56,144 bases of DNA from contig JBDSYV010000149.1 in NCBI GenBank assembly GCA_040110925.1, forward strand, positions 1 to 56,144. Direction: 5' to 3'. Positions 47,639-56,144 of this stretch are shown here, piece after piece (the first letter of the stretch is position 1; each line of letters opens with the position of its first letter). Both the position numbers and the translations under genes were made by a program. This DNA is from Ferruginibacter sp. (lineage in GTDB: Bacteria > Bacteroidota > Bacteroidia > Chitinophagales > Chitinophagaceae). The notes below the pieces were generated by a model. It did no database searches, was not told where the DNA came from, and saw nothing but the letters and a program-made list of their open reading frames with translations.

Positions 47639-49276
47639 TCAATTCATTTTTTCAAAAACCAATAATTCATTAAGAGGTACAGTAAATGTTTTCGTAACCG
47701 GACCTGTGACGATTTGCTCCTTATATTTCCAATTACCTTTTGGAAATACAACTTGTCGGGTGTTTTCTTTTGTAACTATTGGTGCTATCATTAAATTTTC
47801 ACCCAGCATAAACTGATCTTTTATTTTGATAAATCCCTGGTGAGGGAAATTATATTCCAGTGGCCGCAAGGCTGGCTCACCTGTTTCTGCAGCAACACCC
47901 ATCACCTGCATCAGGCGTGGAAGATATTGCTGCCTTATTTCAACTGCTTTTTTAACAGCATCAAGATGAACTGAATCTAAAATACGCCAGGGCGCTACAG
48001 AAAATTGCATCATCGGCATCAACGCATGTACCTGGGCAGACCGCACAATTAATTTTGGATCAATTGTCATTCCTGGTAAGAAAGTAATGAACTGGCCGCC
48101 GCCAATCATATCGGGACAAGTAAATGTATAACCCGCCAGTTGTTGAGCAATGCTGTGTGGAATCAGTAATTGTAAAGCAGCCCAGCTATGATCTTTATCC
48201 GTCAAACGCTCTACCAATGGCTGGCCGGCCATCTTCCACATGGCACGGAATTCATTGAGCGGATAATTCATTCCTGCTTCTCCCCAGGCTTTGCTGTGAT
48301 CGGTTGGAGCTACTGTTTTGTAAGAAACTAATTTTGGGCTATCATAAAAATGAGCGTCGCCTGCATCCAGTTTAAAACCATCCACTCCATATTTATTTTG
48401 CAGTGCATCTAATTTACTTTTCAACCATTGCTGTGCGGCTGGGTTGGTAAAGTCCAGGCAGGCACTGTATCCATTCCACCACTCTATTAACAATGGCTTT
48501 TTTGCTTTGCTCCACGTAAGGGATTGATTGCCCTCATTATCGAGCAACAATAGTTTTTTAGCGGAGAGTTCACGAAATACTTCACTATCGGGACTAATGA
48601 AAGGACAAATCCATAACATGGTTTTAAAGCCCATTGCATGCAATTCATCCATGAGTTTTTTTGCATCGGGAAATTTTTCTTTGTTGAAATCAAACTCACC
48701 ATAATAATTGCTCCAGTTATCATCTATCATCAATACACCGGCGGGGAAACCATTGGCTAAAATTTTTTGTGCATAGCCCAGCACATCCTGCTGGTTGGGA
48801 TTATACATGAGTTCGATCCACAAATTATATTGTGGTGACGTTATCAATAAACTATCGGGCCATTTGCCGGAAGGCGGAAAAAATTGTCTGGATGCATATT
48901 GATAGGCACTTCGAAGTGATGATCCATTTTTTCCAAATAATAGTTTGCTGTGTGATTTATCAATCACAAGGCTATCGTTTCGAAAACTATAACGGAAAGG
49001 CTCTTCGTTCCACAACCATCTTCCTTCACTGGAAATTAATAAAGGCACCGACTGGTTTAGCGATACATCGCCATTAAGATTAAAAGAAAAATTTTCTCTG
49101 CCCATTGGCATCATATCACCGAAAGCAACTGCACCGCCCCACCAAAATTCATTGGGCATCAGGCGAATGGCAGTATCATCAGACGGGTGTTTCTGCACAT
49201 CAGTTTGTTGCCCATTGGCAATGCCAACACTGAATATGAACATTATGACGATAGCCGACTGTAATTTCCTTTTCAC
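47639..49276 (-). CDS. GH31 glycoside hydrolase
   Basis: MIDDNW, DGFKLDAG nucleophile region, CPDMIGGG and DQFMLG. Confidence 0.85.
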   Translation of the reverse strand: MKRKLQSAIVIMFIFSVGIANGQQTDVQKHPSDDTAIRLMPNEFWWGGAVAFGDMMPMGRENFSFNLNGDVSLNQSVPLLISSEGRWLWNEEPFRYSFRNDSLVIDKSHSKLLFGKNGSSLRSAYQYASRQFFPPSGKWPDSLLITSPQYNLWIELMYNPNQQDVLGYAQKILANGFPAGVLMIDDNWSNYYGEFDFNKEKFPDAKKLMDELHAMGFKTMLWICPFISPDSEVFRELSAKKLLLLDNEGNQSLTWSKAKKPLLIEWWNGYSACLDFTNPAAQQWLKSKLDALQNKYGVDGFKLDAGDAHFYDSPKLVSYKTVAPTDHSKAWGEAGMNYPLNEFRAMWKMAGQPLVERLTDKDHSWAALQLLIPHSIAQQLAGYTFTCPDMIGGGQFITFLPGMTIDPKLIVRSAQVHALMPMMQFSVAPWRILDSVHLDAVKKAVEIRQQYLPRLMQVMGVAAETGEPALRPLEYNFPHQGFIKIKDQFMLGENLMIAPIVTKENTRQVVFPKGNWKYKEQIVTGPVTKTFTVPLNELLVFEKMN

Positions 49277-49301
49277 TTTCTATTTATTTTTTATCAAGCT
49301 G

Positions 49302-50852
49302 TTATTTAAGTTCTTGTTTTTCGTTTTCAAAGAGATACAACCCAAACTCAGCCAGATTGGGCTGCAACCGGGACGATACGATACGAAGCCGTATTTTATT
49401 CGCCTCCACTTTTTTAAACTGAAGCAACCTTTTGTAGCCTATTGTTGTACCTTCTGTTATTGTAATCCATTTATCATGTTGCCAGACTTCTAATACAAAA
49501 GATTCCACCCGCTGACCTAAACTAATATTTTCCTGCAATTGGCAAATGTTGAATAGCGAAGGCTTTTTAAAATCAACCTGTACGATGTACTCTTTACTTT
49601 CTTCGTTGAAAAAAATATTGGTCGAGTTATCGTTATCAATAATTTTAGTTTTACTTTGTTTTACAGGTAAAACAAGTTTTGCATTTTTTACCAGGTTGTT
49701 TTCAAATACTTTATCCCGTAGTGTCTTCCAACCTTGTAAACTTTTTATATCTGCATCACTTAATAATCCTTCCTTGTTTGGTGGTATGTTCAACAGCAAC
49801 ACTGTGTTTTTACCAACTGAATTAAAATAAATATCCAATAGCTTTTCCGGTTTTTTTACAAGACTGTCCTCGCTTTCATGGTAAAACCAACCGGGCCGGA
49901 TGGATACATCTGTTTCTGCTGGGTACCATACCAATGCTTCCGCATTAAGGATTTTATTTCTGCTGCCCAGATCACTGCCCCTCATATCACCGGCAGGTTT
50001 TATATCAACAGATGTTTGCGAATTTTCCGAAGTTATTTTTAAATTTTCTACTCCAACCGGAACCACACTCCATTCCTGTTCTCTGCCATAACCCGTTTCG
50101 GTGCCAACCCAACGAACATCGGGCCCCATAATTGCAATTACGGCTTGTGGTTGCAACTTCCTGATCAGGGTATACCATCTTTCAAAATCGTATTCCTGCT
50201 TTTTTCCATTCGGTCCCTCGCCATTTGCCCCATCAAACCAAACCTCATCTACCTTGCCATAATTACTTAACAGTTCGGTTAACTGATTTGTAAAAAAATC
50301 ATTGTATGCTGCTGTACCATAGCTGCTGTTATTCATATCCCAGGGAGAAAGGTAAATGCCAAAACCAATATTCAATTTCTTACAGGCTTCGCTTACTTCT
50401 TTTACCACATCGCCGCCACCATTTTTCCAGGACGTATTTTTTACGGAGTGTTCCGTGTACTTGCTGGGCCAAAGACAAAAGCCATCATGATGTTTGGCGG
50501 TGATGATTACTTGTTTGATGCCTGCCTTTTTACATTCATTTACCCACTGAAATGCATCCAGGTTTTTGGGGTTGAACAAACTGATATCCTCTTTACCGGT
50601 TCCCCATTCTTTATTGGTAAACGTATTGATGCCAAAATGAAAAAACGCCGTTAGCTCAAGCTTTTGCCAGCGGAGCTGCCTTGGAGTCGGGAAAACATGA
50701 GCCGCTTTTGTAATTATTTCTTTTTCCGATTCGCCTTTTAAAATAGTAGCATAGTTTGTTGGCTGCGCTATGGTTGTTAGCGGCAACAAGTAAACTGAAA
50801 CAATTATTGAAATTCTCATACTACTATCTACTTTAAAAAACCATGGAATCAC
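49302..50852 (-). CDS. GH29 alpha-L-fucosidase with C-terminal F5/8-type domain
   Basis: FFHFGINTF, TAKHHDGF, VWFDGA and SIRPGWFYH. Confidence 0.9.
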   Translation of the reverse strand: MIPWFFKVDSSMRISIIVSVYLLPLTTIAQPTNYATILKGESEKEIITKAAHVFPTPRQLRWQKLELTAFFHFGINTFTNKEWGTGKEDISLFNPKNLDAFQWVNECKKAGIKQVIITAKHHDGFCLWPSKYTEHSVKNTSWKNGGGDVVKEVSEACKKLNIGFGIYLSPWDMNNSSYGTAAYNDFFTNQLTELLSNYGKVDEVWFDGANGEGPNGKKQEYDFERWYTLIRKLQPQAVIAIMGPDVRWVGTETGYGREQEWSVVPVGVENLKITSENSQTSVDIKPAGDMRGSDLGSRNKILNAEALVWYPAETDVSIRPGWFYHESEDSLVKKPEKLLDIYFNSVGKNTVLLLNIPPNKEGLLSDADIKSLQGWKTLRDKVFENNLVKNAKLVLPVKQSKTKIIDNDNSTNIFFNEESKEYIVQVDFKKPSLFNICQLQENISLGQRVESFVLEVWQHDKWITITEGTTIGYKRLLQFKKVEANKIRLRIVSSRLQPNLAEFGLYLFENEKQELK

Positions 50853-50861
50853 ATTCTGGTT

Positions 50862-53162
50862 TTAATTCACAATTATCTCATCCGCAAATATCCAGGCCGG
50901 CTTTCCTTCGCCGGGATGGCCTTTGGGGCATTTGGTATTCGTTGCTGTTACTCTTACAAACCTTACTTTCTGTTCGGCAAAGGTTGCTGTAAAATCTTTG
51001 ATGGTTGCATTTCTATCCTCAACAGAAATAGTATTGTTTACGGTTTGCAGTGCTGTAAATGTTTTGCCGTCTATAGATATTTCAAATTGCACAGCCGACG
51101 GCATAAATATCCAGTCTCTGTAATTTTGCAGACAGCCCAACGAAATGGATTTGATATTTTTTTCTTCTCCCAGGTCAATTGTAGCAATCATATCTTTTTC
51201 TGAAAAGCCATGCCAGTATTTTCCTACAGCATACGTTCCTCTTACACCGTCGGTTAAAGAGTTAGGGCCATCAGCCAGGTAATACCTGCTTACTGCATTT
51301 GTATAATTTACATTTTTACCGATGGCTTTGTGCATGGCAAAAGATTGTTCCGCAGGTTTAAGTCCCATAATCTTACCATTTACAACGGTTATGGCTTTTA
51401 TAACAGCTGATGTTTCTATGGGAACAGGCGACGAGTATTTTGTACTTTCTTTTGTTGGCAACATTCCATCAGTTGTGTAATAAATTTCACCGTGCAATGC
51501 TTCGGTAGAAAGTGCCACCGACAACTTTCCATTTTCAGAAACTGGTTTTATGTTTACCGAAAAATTGCCAGGGCTAAAATGTAAACCTCTTTGCTCAAAA
51601 CCCCTGAATTGTGTTTGCAATCGCTCATTAAAGCTTTGCCAATTCTTATTTTGTTTCGGGGTCCACACCACTTCAGCCAAGGCAAGCATCCGCGGCAATA
51701 CCATATACTCTACATGTTCTGCTGTTGTAACATATTCTGTCCATAAATTGGCTTGTGCACCTAATACAAATTTTGCCTGTGCATCATTTAATTCTTTTGG
51801 AATAGGATCGTAGTCATAAACTCTTTTCAACGTATTCATTCCGCCGATTGCAACGGGTTCGCCTTCTGGGCCAGCCTGGTAATGATCGAAGTATAACGGT
51901 CCGCCGGGTGTCATCACCACATCATGATTCATTTTAGCTGCTTCTATGCCGCCAGCTTCTCCACGCCAGCTCATCACGGTGGCTTCCGGTGCAAGTCCAC
52001 CCTCCAGAATTTCATCCCAGCCAATCATCTTCCTGTTCTTGCTTACAATGAATTTCTCAATACGTTTTATAAAATAACTCTGCAGTTCATCTTCGTTTTT
52101 TAACCCCTCTGTTTTTATTCTTGCCTGGCATTTGGCACATTTTTTCCAGGAATCCTTTTCTACTTCATCGCCGCCGATATGGATATATTTTGACGGAAAT
52201 AAATCAATGACTTCGGTTAATACATTCTGCAAGAACAAAAACACACTGTCGTTTCCTGCACAATAATTGGAAGACATGTTGCTGTAGTTGCCGCCGGTTA
52301 AAGGAAGTTGCGGTTGTTGTGTGCAACTCAATGCCGGATATGAGGCAATGGCAGACGCCACATGGCCGGGCATTTCTATCTCTGGCACAATGGTAACATT
52401 TTGCTCTGCAGCATATTTTATAATATCTTTTATTTGTTCCTGTGTATAGTAACCGCCGTAGGTTGCCGGTTCACCTTCCTTGGCTTGTGGTCTGCTGCTC
52501 CATATCTTGTCATTCTGGTCAACACGCCATGCACCAACCTGTGTAAGCAGCGGATATTTTTTTATCTCGATACGCCAGCCCTGGTCATCTACCAAATGCC
52601 AGTGAAACGTATTCATTTTATACGATGCCAACAGATTTATATACTCTTTTATTAATTCGGGCCCAAAGAAATGACGGCTTACATCCAGATGCATTCCCCT
52701 CCATTTAAAGCGAGGGTAATCTTTTACTTTCATGCAGGGAATGCTTAAAGCCGCATTCGTTCTAATAGCGGGCAATGTTTGAAACAAGGATTGCATGCCA
52801 TAAATAATCCCGGCTTTTTTATTGGCAGAAATTTCAATTGATGCAGGCGTAATGTGTAAGAGATACCCTTCATCACCCAGCTCTGCATTGTTGATCAACT
52901 TTAATTCAACTGATTTATTTTTTACAGCATTGTATGGCAATTCAATACCGCTGATATTATTGATGGCAGATTTAAAAAATGAAGCTGCTTCCAGCAATGC
53001 CTTATCCGCTTTATTAAACTTCAATGCCGTGTTGTTATCAATGATAAAATTTCCGGAAGTGAATTGCAGGCTTACAGGCTGTGGAATAATAACAGATTGT
53101 TGTGCCATTAAGATTCCCGGCAACAGCGCAAGCAGTACTAAAGTTATTTTTTTAAATTTCAT
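50862..53162 (-). CDS. GH20 beta-N-acetylhexosaminidase (Fn3-like and F5/8 C-terminal domains)
   Basis: RGMHLDVSRHF, HWHLVDDQGWR, HIGGDE and LWTEY. Confidence 0.93.
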   Translation of the reverse strand: MKFKKITLVLLALLPGILMAQQSVIIPQPVSLQFTSGNFIIDNNTALKFNKADKALLEAASFFKSAINNISGIELPYNAVKNKSVELKLINNAELGDEGYLLHITPASIEISANKKAGIIYGMQSLFQTLPAIRTNAALSIPCMKVKDYPRFKWRGMHLDVSRHFFGPELIKEYINLLASYKMNTFHWHLVDDQGWRIEIKKYPLLTQVGAWRVDQNDKIWSSRPQAKEGEPATYGGYYTQEQIKDIIKYAAEQNVTIVPEIEMPGHVASAIASYPALSCTQQPQLPLTGGNYSNMSSNYCAGNDSVFLFLQNVLTEVIDLFPSKYIHIGGDEVEKDSWKKCAKCQARIKTEGLKNEDELQSYFIKRIEKFIVSKNRKMIGWDEILEGGLAPEATVMSWRGEAGGIEAAKMNHDVVMTPGGPLYFDHYQAGPEGEPVAIGGMNTLKRVYDYDPIPKELNDAQAKFVLGAQANLWTEYVTTAEHVEYMVLPRMLALAEVVWTPKQNKNWQSFNERLQTQFRGFEQRGLHFSPGNFSVNIKPVSENGKLSVALSTEALHGEIYYTTDGMLPTKESTKYSSPVPIETSAVIKAITVVNGKIMGLKPAEQSFAMHKAIGKNVNYTNAVSRYYLADGPNSLTDGVRGTYAVGKYWHGFSEKDMIATIDLGEEKNIKSISLGCLQNYRDWIFMPSAVQFEISIDGKTFTALQTVNNTISVEDRNATIKDFTATFAEQKVRFVRVTATNTKCPKGHPGEGKPAWIFADEIIVN

Positions 53163-53229
53163 TTCAATTTTATTAATTAGTTAAATGTGATTTTGTTTAA
53201 ACAAGCATTTCGTTTATATAATGAATATA

Positions 53230-54585
53230 TCAATATTCGTCGTTTAAAGAAAATACCGGCTTACGGTACATCCATTGTCCGCCCGTAAAATCAGGAAATT
53301 CAACCGTTTCGTTACCCAGTTCTATTGATTGTTCGCTTAATGGTGTAATGGCACTCCAGGCAGCTGCATCATAAACATCCATAGGCGTCGCCACTTTTCT
53401 TTTTATAGATTCAATAAATGAATGAATAACAAAAAAGTCCATGCCACCATGCCCTGCACCGGCAGTTTCCTTACTCCATCTTGCCCAAAGCGGATGGTCA
53501 TATTTGTCCAGCCATGTGTTTGCTTTATCCCATTGATGGGGTTTGGCAGATTCATCCTGTATATAAATTCCATTGTTTACGTCCATCCAAATCCCTTCTG
53601 TTCCCTGTACCCGGAAACCTAGTGAGTAAGGTCGTGGAAGATTTGTATCGTGTTCTAATAAAATGGTTTCGCCATTGGCACATTTGATATGCGTGGTCAC
53701 TACATCGCCCAGCTTAAAATTTATTTTTGCATTGGGATGATTTTCACCACCACCTTTTACAACATGGTTATGCAACCCTCTTGCTTTGCTGGCAAAAGAA
53801 CTTAACGTAAGGAAACGATTGCCCCTGTTGATATTGATGTAGTGGGCAATAGGGCCAATGCCATGGGTGGGATATAAATCTCCATTGCGGTGAACAGAAT
53901 GTTCTGTTCTCCACCTGGCTTCCGAAAATCCTTTTTCGCCAAACTCAACTCCATGGCCATAAGGATTAATGCCGTCATTAAATTTCACTTCTCTTAAATC
54001 ATGCTGATAACCACCTTGCAAATGAATTAGCTCGCCAAACAAACCCTGACGCACCATGTTCAATACAGCCATCACATCACGGCGATAACAAACATTTTCC
54101 AGCATCATTACATGCGCATTAAATTTTTCTGCTGCTTTTACCACATCCCAATGGTCTTGCAAAGTGATTCCAAGGCACACTTCTGTACCGACATACTTTA
54201 TACCCGCTTCCAATGCACCTATTATCATCGGCTTATGCCATTCCCACGGTGTGGCAGTTATGATTCCATCAATTCCTTTCAATTCCAGTAGTTTTTTCCA
54301 GGCATAATTATCTCCTGTAAATACTTGCGGCATCTTTTTCCCGCTTTTTGTAATAACTTCTTTTGCAGATGTCAACATACGGCCATCTACATCGCAAATA
54401 GCTACTACTTCAACATCGTCTCTTCTCAAAAGCAGATCAAGATGATCCTGTCCACGCAGACCTACGCCGATTATTGCCAGCCTCACCTTTGCATCAGCAT
54501 TGGCTGAAAACAATTTGCCAGCGGGCATCACAGCCATTGATGCAGCTGCAAGGCCTGTATTTTTTATAAAATCTTTTCTGTTCAT
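53230..54585 (-). CDS. GH109 NAD+-dependent alpha-N-acetylgalactosaminidase (Gfo/Idh/MocA fold)
   Basis: Tat-like signal NRKDFIK, Rossmann IGVGLRG, MLENVCY, YPTHG and AGHGGMD. Confidence 0.88.
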   Translation of the reverse strand: MNRKDFIKNTGLAAASMAVMPAGKLFSANADAKVRLAIIGVGLRGQDHLDLLLRRDDVEVVAICDVDGRMLTSAKEVITKSGKKMPQVFTGDNYAWKKLLELKGIDGIITATPWEWHKPMIIGALEAGIKYVGTEVCLGITLQDHWDVVKAAEKFNAHVMMLENVCYRRDVMAVLNMVRQGLFGELIHLQGGYQHDLREVKFNDGINPYGHGVEFGEKGFSEARWRTEHSVHRNGDLYPTHGIGPIAHYININRGNRFLTLSSFASKARGLHNHVVKGGGENHPNAKINFKLGDVVTTHIKCANGETILLEHDTNLPRPYSLGFRVQGTEGIWMDVNNGIYIQDESAKPHQWDKANTWLDKYDHPLWARWSKETAGAGHGGMDFFVIHSFIESIKRKVATPMDVYDAAAWSAITPLSEQSIELGNETVEFPDFTGGQWMYRKPVFSLNDEY

Positions 54586-54606
54586 GACCTGTTTTTTACT
54601 TAGTTA

Positions 54607-56100
54607 TTAATTATTTTTTGTGTTGCTGAATTTTGGATCAACAAATTCCCATTCTGTGATATGCGAAGGCTGATGCTCTTTATTCAATATCGCTTCGAAG
54701 CGTTTAATTAGCTCCGGATGTTGCGTTGCTACATTATTGGATTCGTCTTTGTCCGTAAGCAGGTTGTAAATTTCCCAGGGCGCATTTTTATCTTTTTTCA
54801 TATTGCTTTTTACGGCTTTCCAATCGCCCAGGCGGATGGCCACCTGCCCGTTTTTCTCGGGAAATTCAAAATATAAATAGTCGTGTTTCTTTTGTTGGTT
54901 CCTTTTTCCCGTTAACTCAGAAAGAAATGAAATTCCATCTGTGTTAGTATTTTTCTGACGGGTCAGTTCATTTAATGTTGCCATCAGATCATACTGTACG
55001 GAAATATGTTCACTTGTTTTTCCTGGAGTAATTTTACCGGGCCAGCGGGCAATGAATGGTTCCCTGATACCACCTTCATACAGGTCTTGTTTGCTTCCTC
55101 TCAACCCGCCATTGCTGTTGAAGAATTTCCCGTTAAAACCTCCCACATTAAAAGTTGCGCCATTATCGCTGCTGAACATCACTAATGTATTTTCATCCAG
55201 CTTTAATTCTTTAAGCAATGCCATAACTTCTCCAATCTTTTTATCCATGTAAGTAATCATGGCCGCATAAGTTGAAAGCGGATATTTGCAGGGAGCATAA
55301 CCTCTGTCGCCGTAATAAGACTGCTCATCAAATTTTCCGATGTATTCTTTTACTGCTTCATCAGGTGCCTGTAAAGAAAGGTGTGGACTGGTTAACGGCA
55401 AATACAAAAAGAAAGGTTTGCTTTTATTGTTGCGAATAAATGACAATGCCTTCTCTCCCATTTTATCAATGGAATAATCTTTTCCTTTATAATAATCAAA
55501 AGCAGCGTCGGGTGAATTTTTGGGTATTGGCCTGTGTACATTAATTACAGGATTATTCAATGAATCCCATTTTCCATTCTCCCATAAATGCGTGGGATAA
55601 TAATTATGTGATTGCTTTTGATCCAGGTATCCATAATAATAATCAAAGCCTTGTTTGTTGGGGTCGCCGGTGTTATTATACATGCCAAGTCCCCATTTGC
55701 CAACCATGCCTGTAACATAACCTGCCTGTTTCATTAACTTTGCAATTGTAAAAGTTCCTTCGGGTAAAGGCATCTGTCCAGCTTCGGTACTGTCTTCAAA
55801 TCCACCCAGTTCATAATTACCCCTGATATAAGATTTGCCAGCATTTTTTCCCGTCATCAACATACATCTTGCCGGCGCACAAACCGGCGCACTGGTATAA
55901 TGATTGGTGAATTTCATTCCCTCTTTCGCCATCATATCCAAGTTGGGTGTTTTTATTTTTTGCTGACCGTAAGAACCCAATTCACCATAACCCAAATCAT
56001 CTGCATAGATGTAAATAACATTCGGAAGATTTTTCTTCTGCGCCACAGTTGCTAAATCAAAGCACCCCGTAAGTAATATCAGCAAAAAAATATTTTTCAT
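54607..56100 (-). CDS. Cys-type S1 arylsulfatase
   Basis: ADDLGYG, CAPARC, GKWGLG, SSDNG and YEGGIR. Confidence 0.92.
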   Translation of the reverse strand: MKNIFLLILLTGCFDLATVAQKKNLPNVIYIYADDLGYGELGSYGQQKIKTPNLDMMAKEGMKFTNHYTSAPVCAPARCMLMTGKNAGKSYIRGNYELGGFEDSTEAGQMPLPEGTFTIAKLMKQAGYVTGMVGKWGLGMYNNTGDPNKQGFDYYYGYLDQKQSHNYYPTHLWENGKWDSLNNPVINVHRPIPKNSPDAAFDYYKGKDYSIDKMGEKALSFIRNNKSKPFFLYLPLTSPHLSLQAPDEAVKEYIGKFDEQSYYGDRGYAPCKYPLSTYAAMITYMDKKIGEVMALLKELKLDENTLVMFSSDNGATFNVGGFNGKFFNSNGGLRGSKQDLYEGGIREPFIARWPGKITPGKTSEHISVQYDLMATLNELTRQKNTNTDGISFLSELTGKRNQQKKHDYLYFEFPEKNGQVAIRLGDWKAVKSNMKKDKNAPWEIYNLLTDKDESNNVATQHPELIKRFEAILNKEHQPSHITEWEFVDPKFSNTKNN

Positions 56101-56144
56101 TTTATATTATAACATTGAAAATGATTTAATAAATGTCTGCATTA

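Noticed and set aside
27901-55252. Numerous 60-120-aa ORFs antisense to or nested in the ClC and glycan-locus genes
   Set aside because: Shadow ORFs fully overlapping well-supported long genes.

Overview
Bacteroidota DNA (TAnnTTTG-type promoters, PUL-type glycosidases); a Chitinophagaceae-like host is my inference. The window has four blocks. (1) About 1-13.9 kb is an accessory region. A hipBA toxin-antitoxin pair is followed by a 21-bp tmRNA(ssrA)-3'-like att fragment and an integrase-less element. The element carries a small HTH gene, a divergent 251-aa protein + DUF5675 (YkuD-like) + small membrane protein operon, three long imperfect hairpins, a ~0.9-kb GC-rich, hairpin-dense non-coding segment and a fic + 1678-aa AVAST-like nuclease-STAND operon. 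Each long hairpin sits just upstream of a minus-strand ORF: two unannotated micro-proteins and an HsdS-like half-subunit (DUF6943-like). The hairpins fold on the template (+) strand and hold a Bacteroidota -7 box in a mismatch bubble, which is the geometry of Frpo-type single-stranded-DNA promoters. The best candidate for a new system is therefore an element with an ssDNA stage that expresses putative anti-restriction genes on entry. (2) About 14-21 kb holds decayed genes (LTA synthase and GH144-like pseudogenes), rnk and small membrane proteins. (3) About 21.8-29.6 kb holds a divergent cbb3-like oxidase (CcoN + di-haem CcoO, no CcoP) with two group III truncated haemoglobins, an Rrf2 regulator and a ferredoxin, then a ClC channel. 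(4) About 29.9-56.1 kb is a large host-type glycan utilisation locus (GH2 x2, GH20 x2, GH29 x2, GH31, GH109, two sulfatases, FGE, galK/galM, SSS transporter, HexNAc-kinase-like). No rRNA, intact tRNA or CRISPR array was seen. All family calls come from motif recognition by eye, not from database searches.
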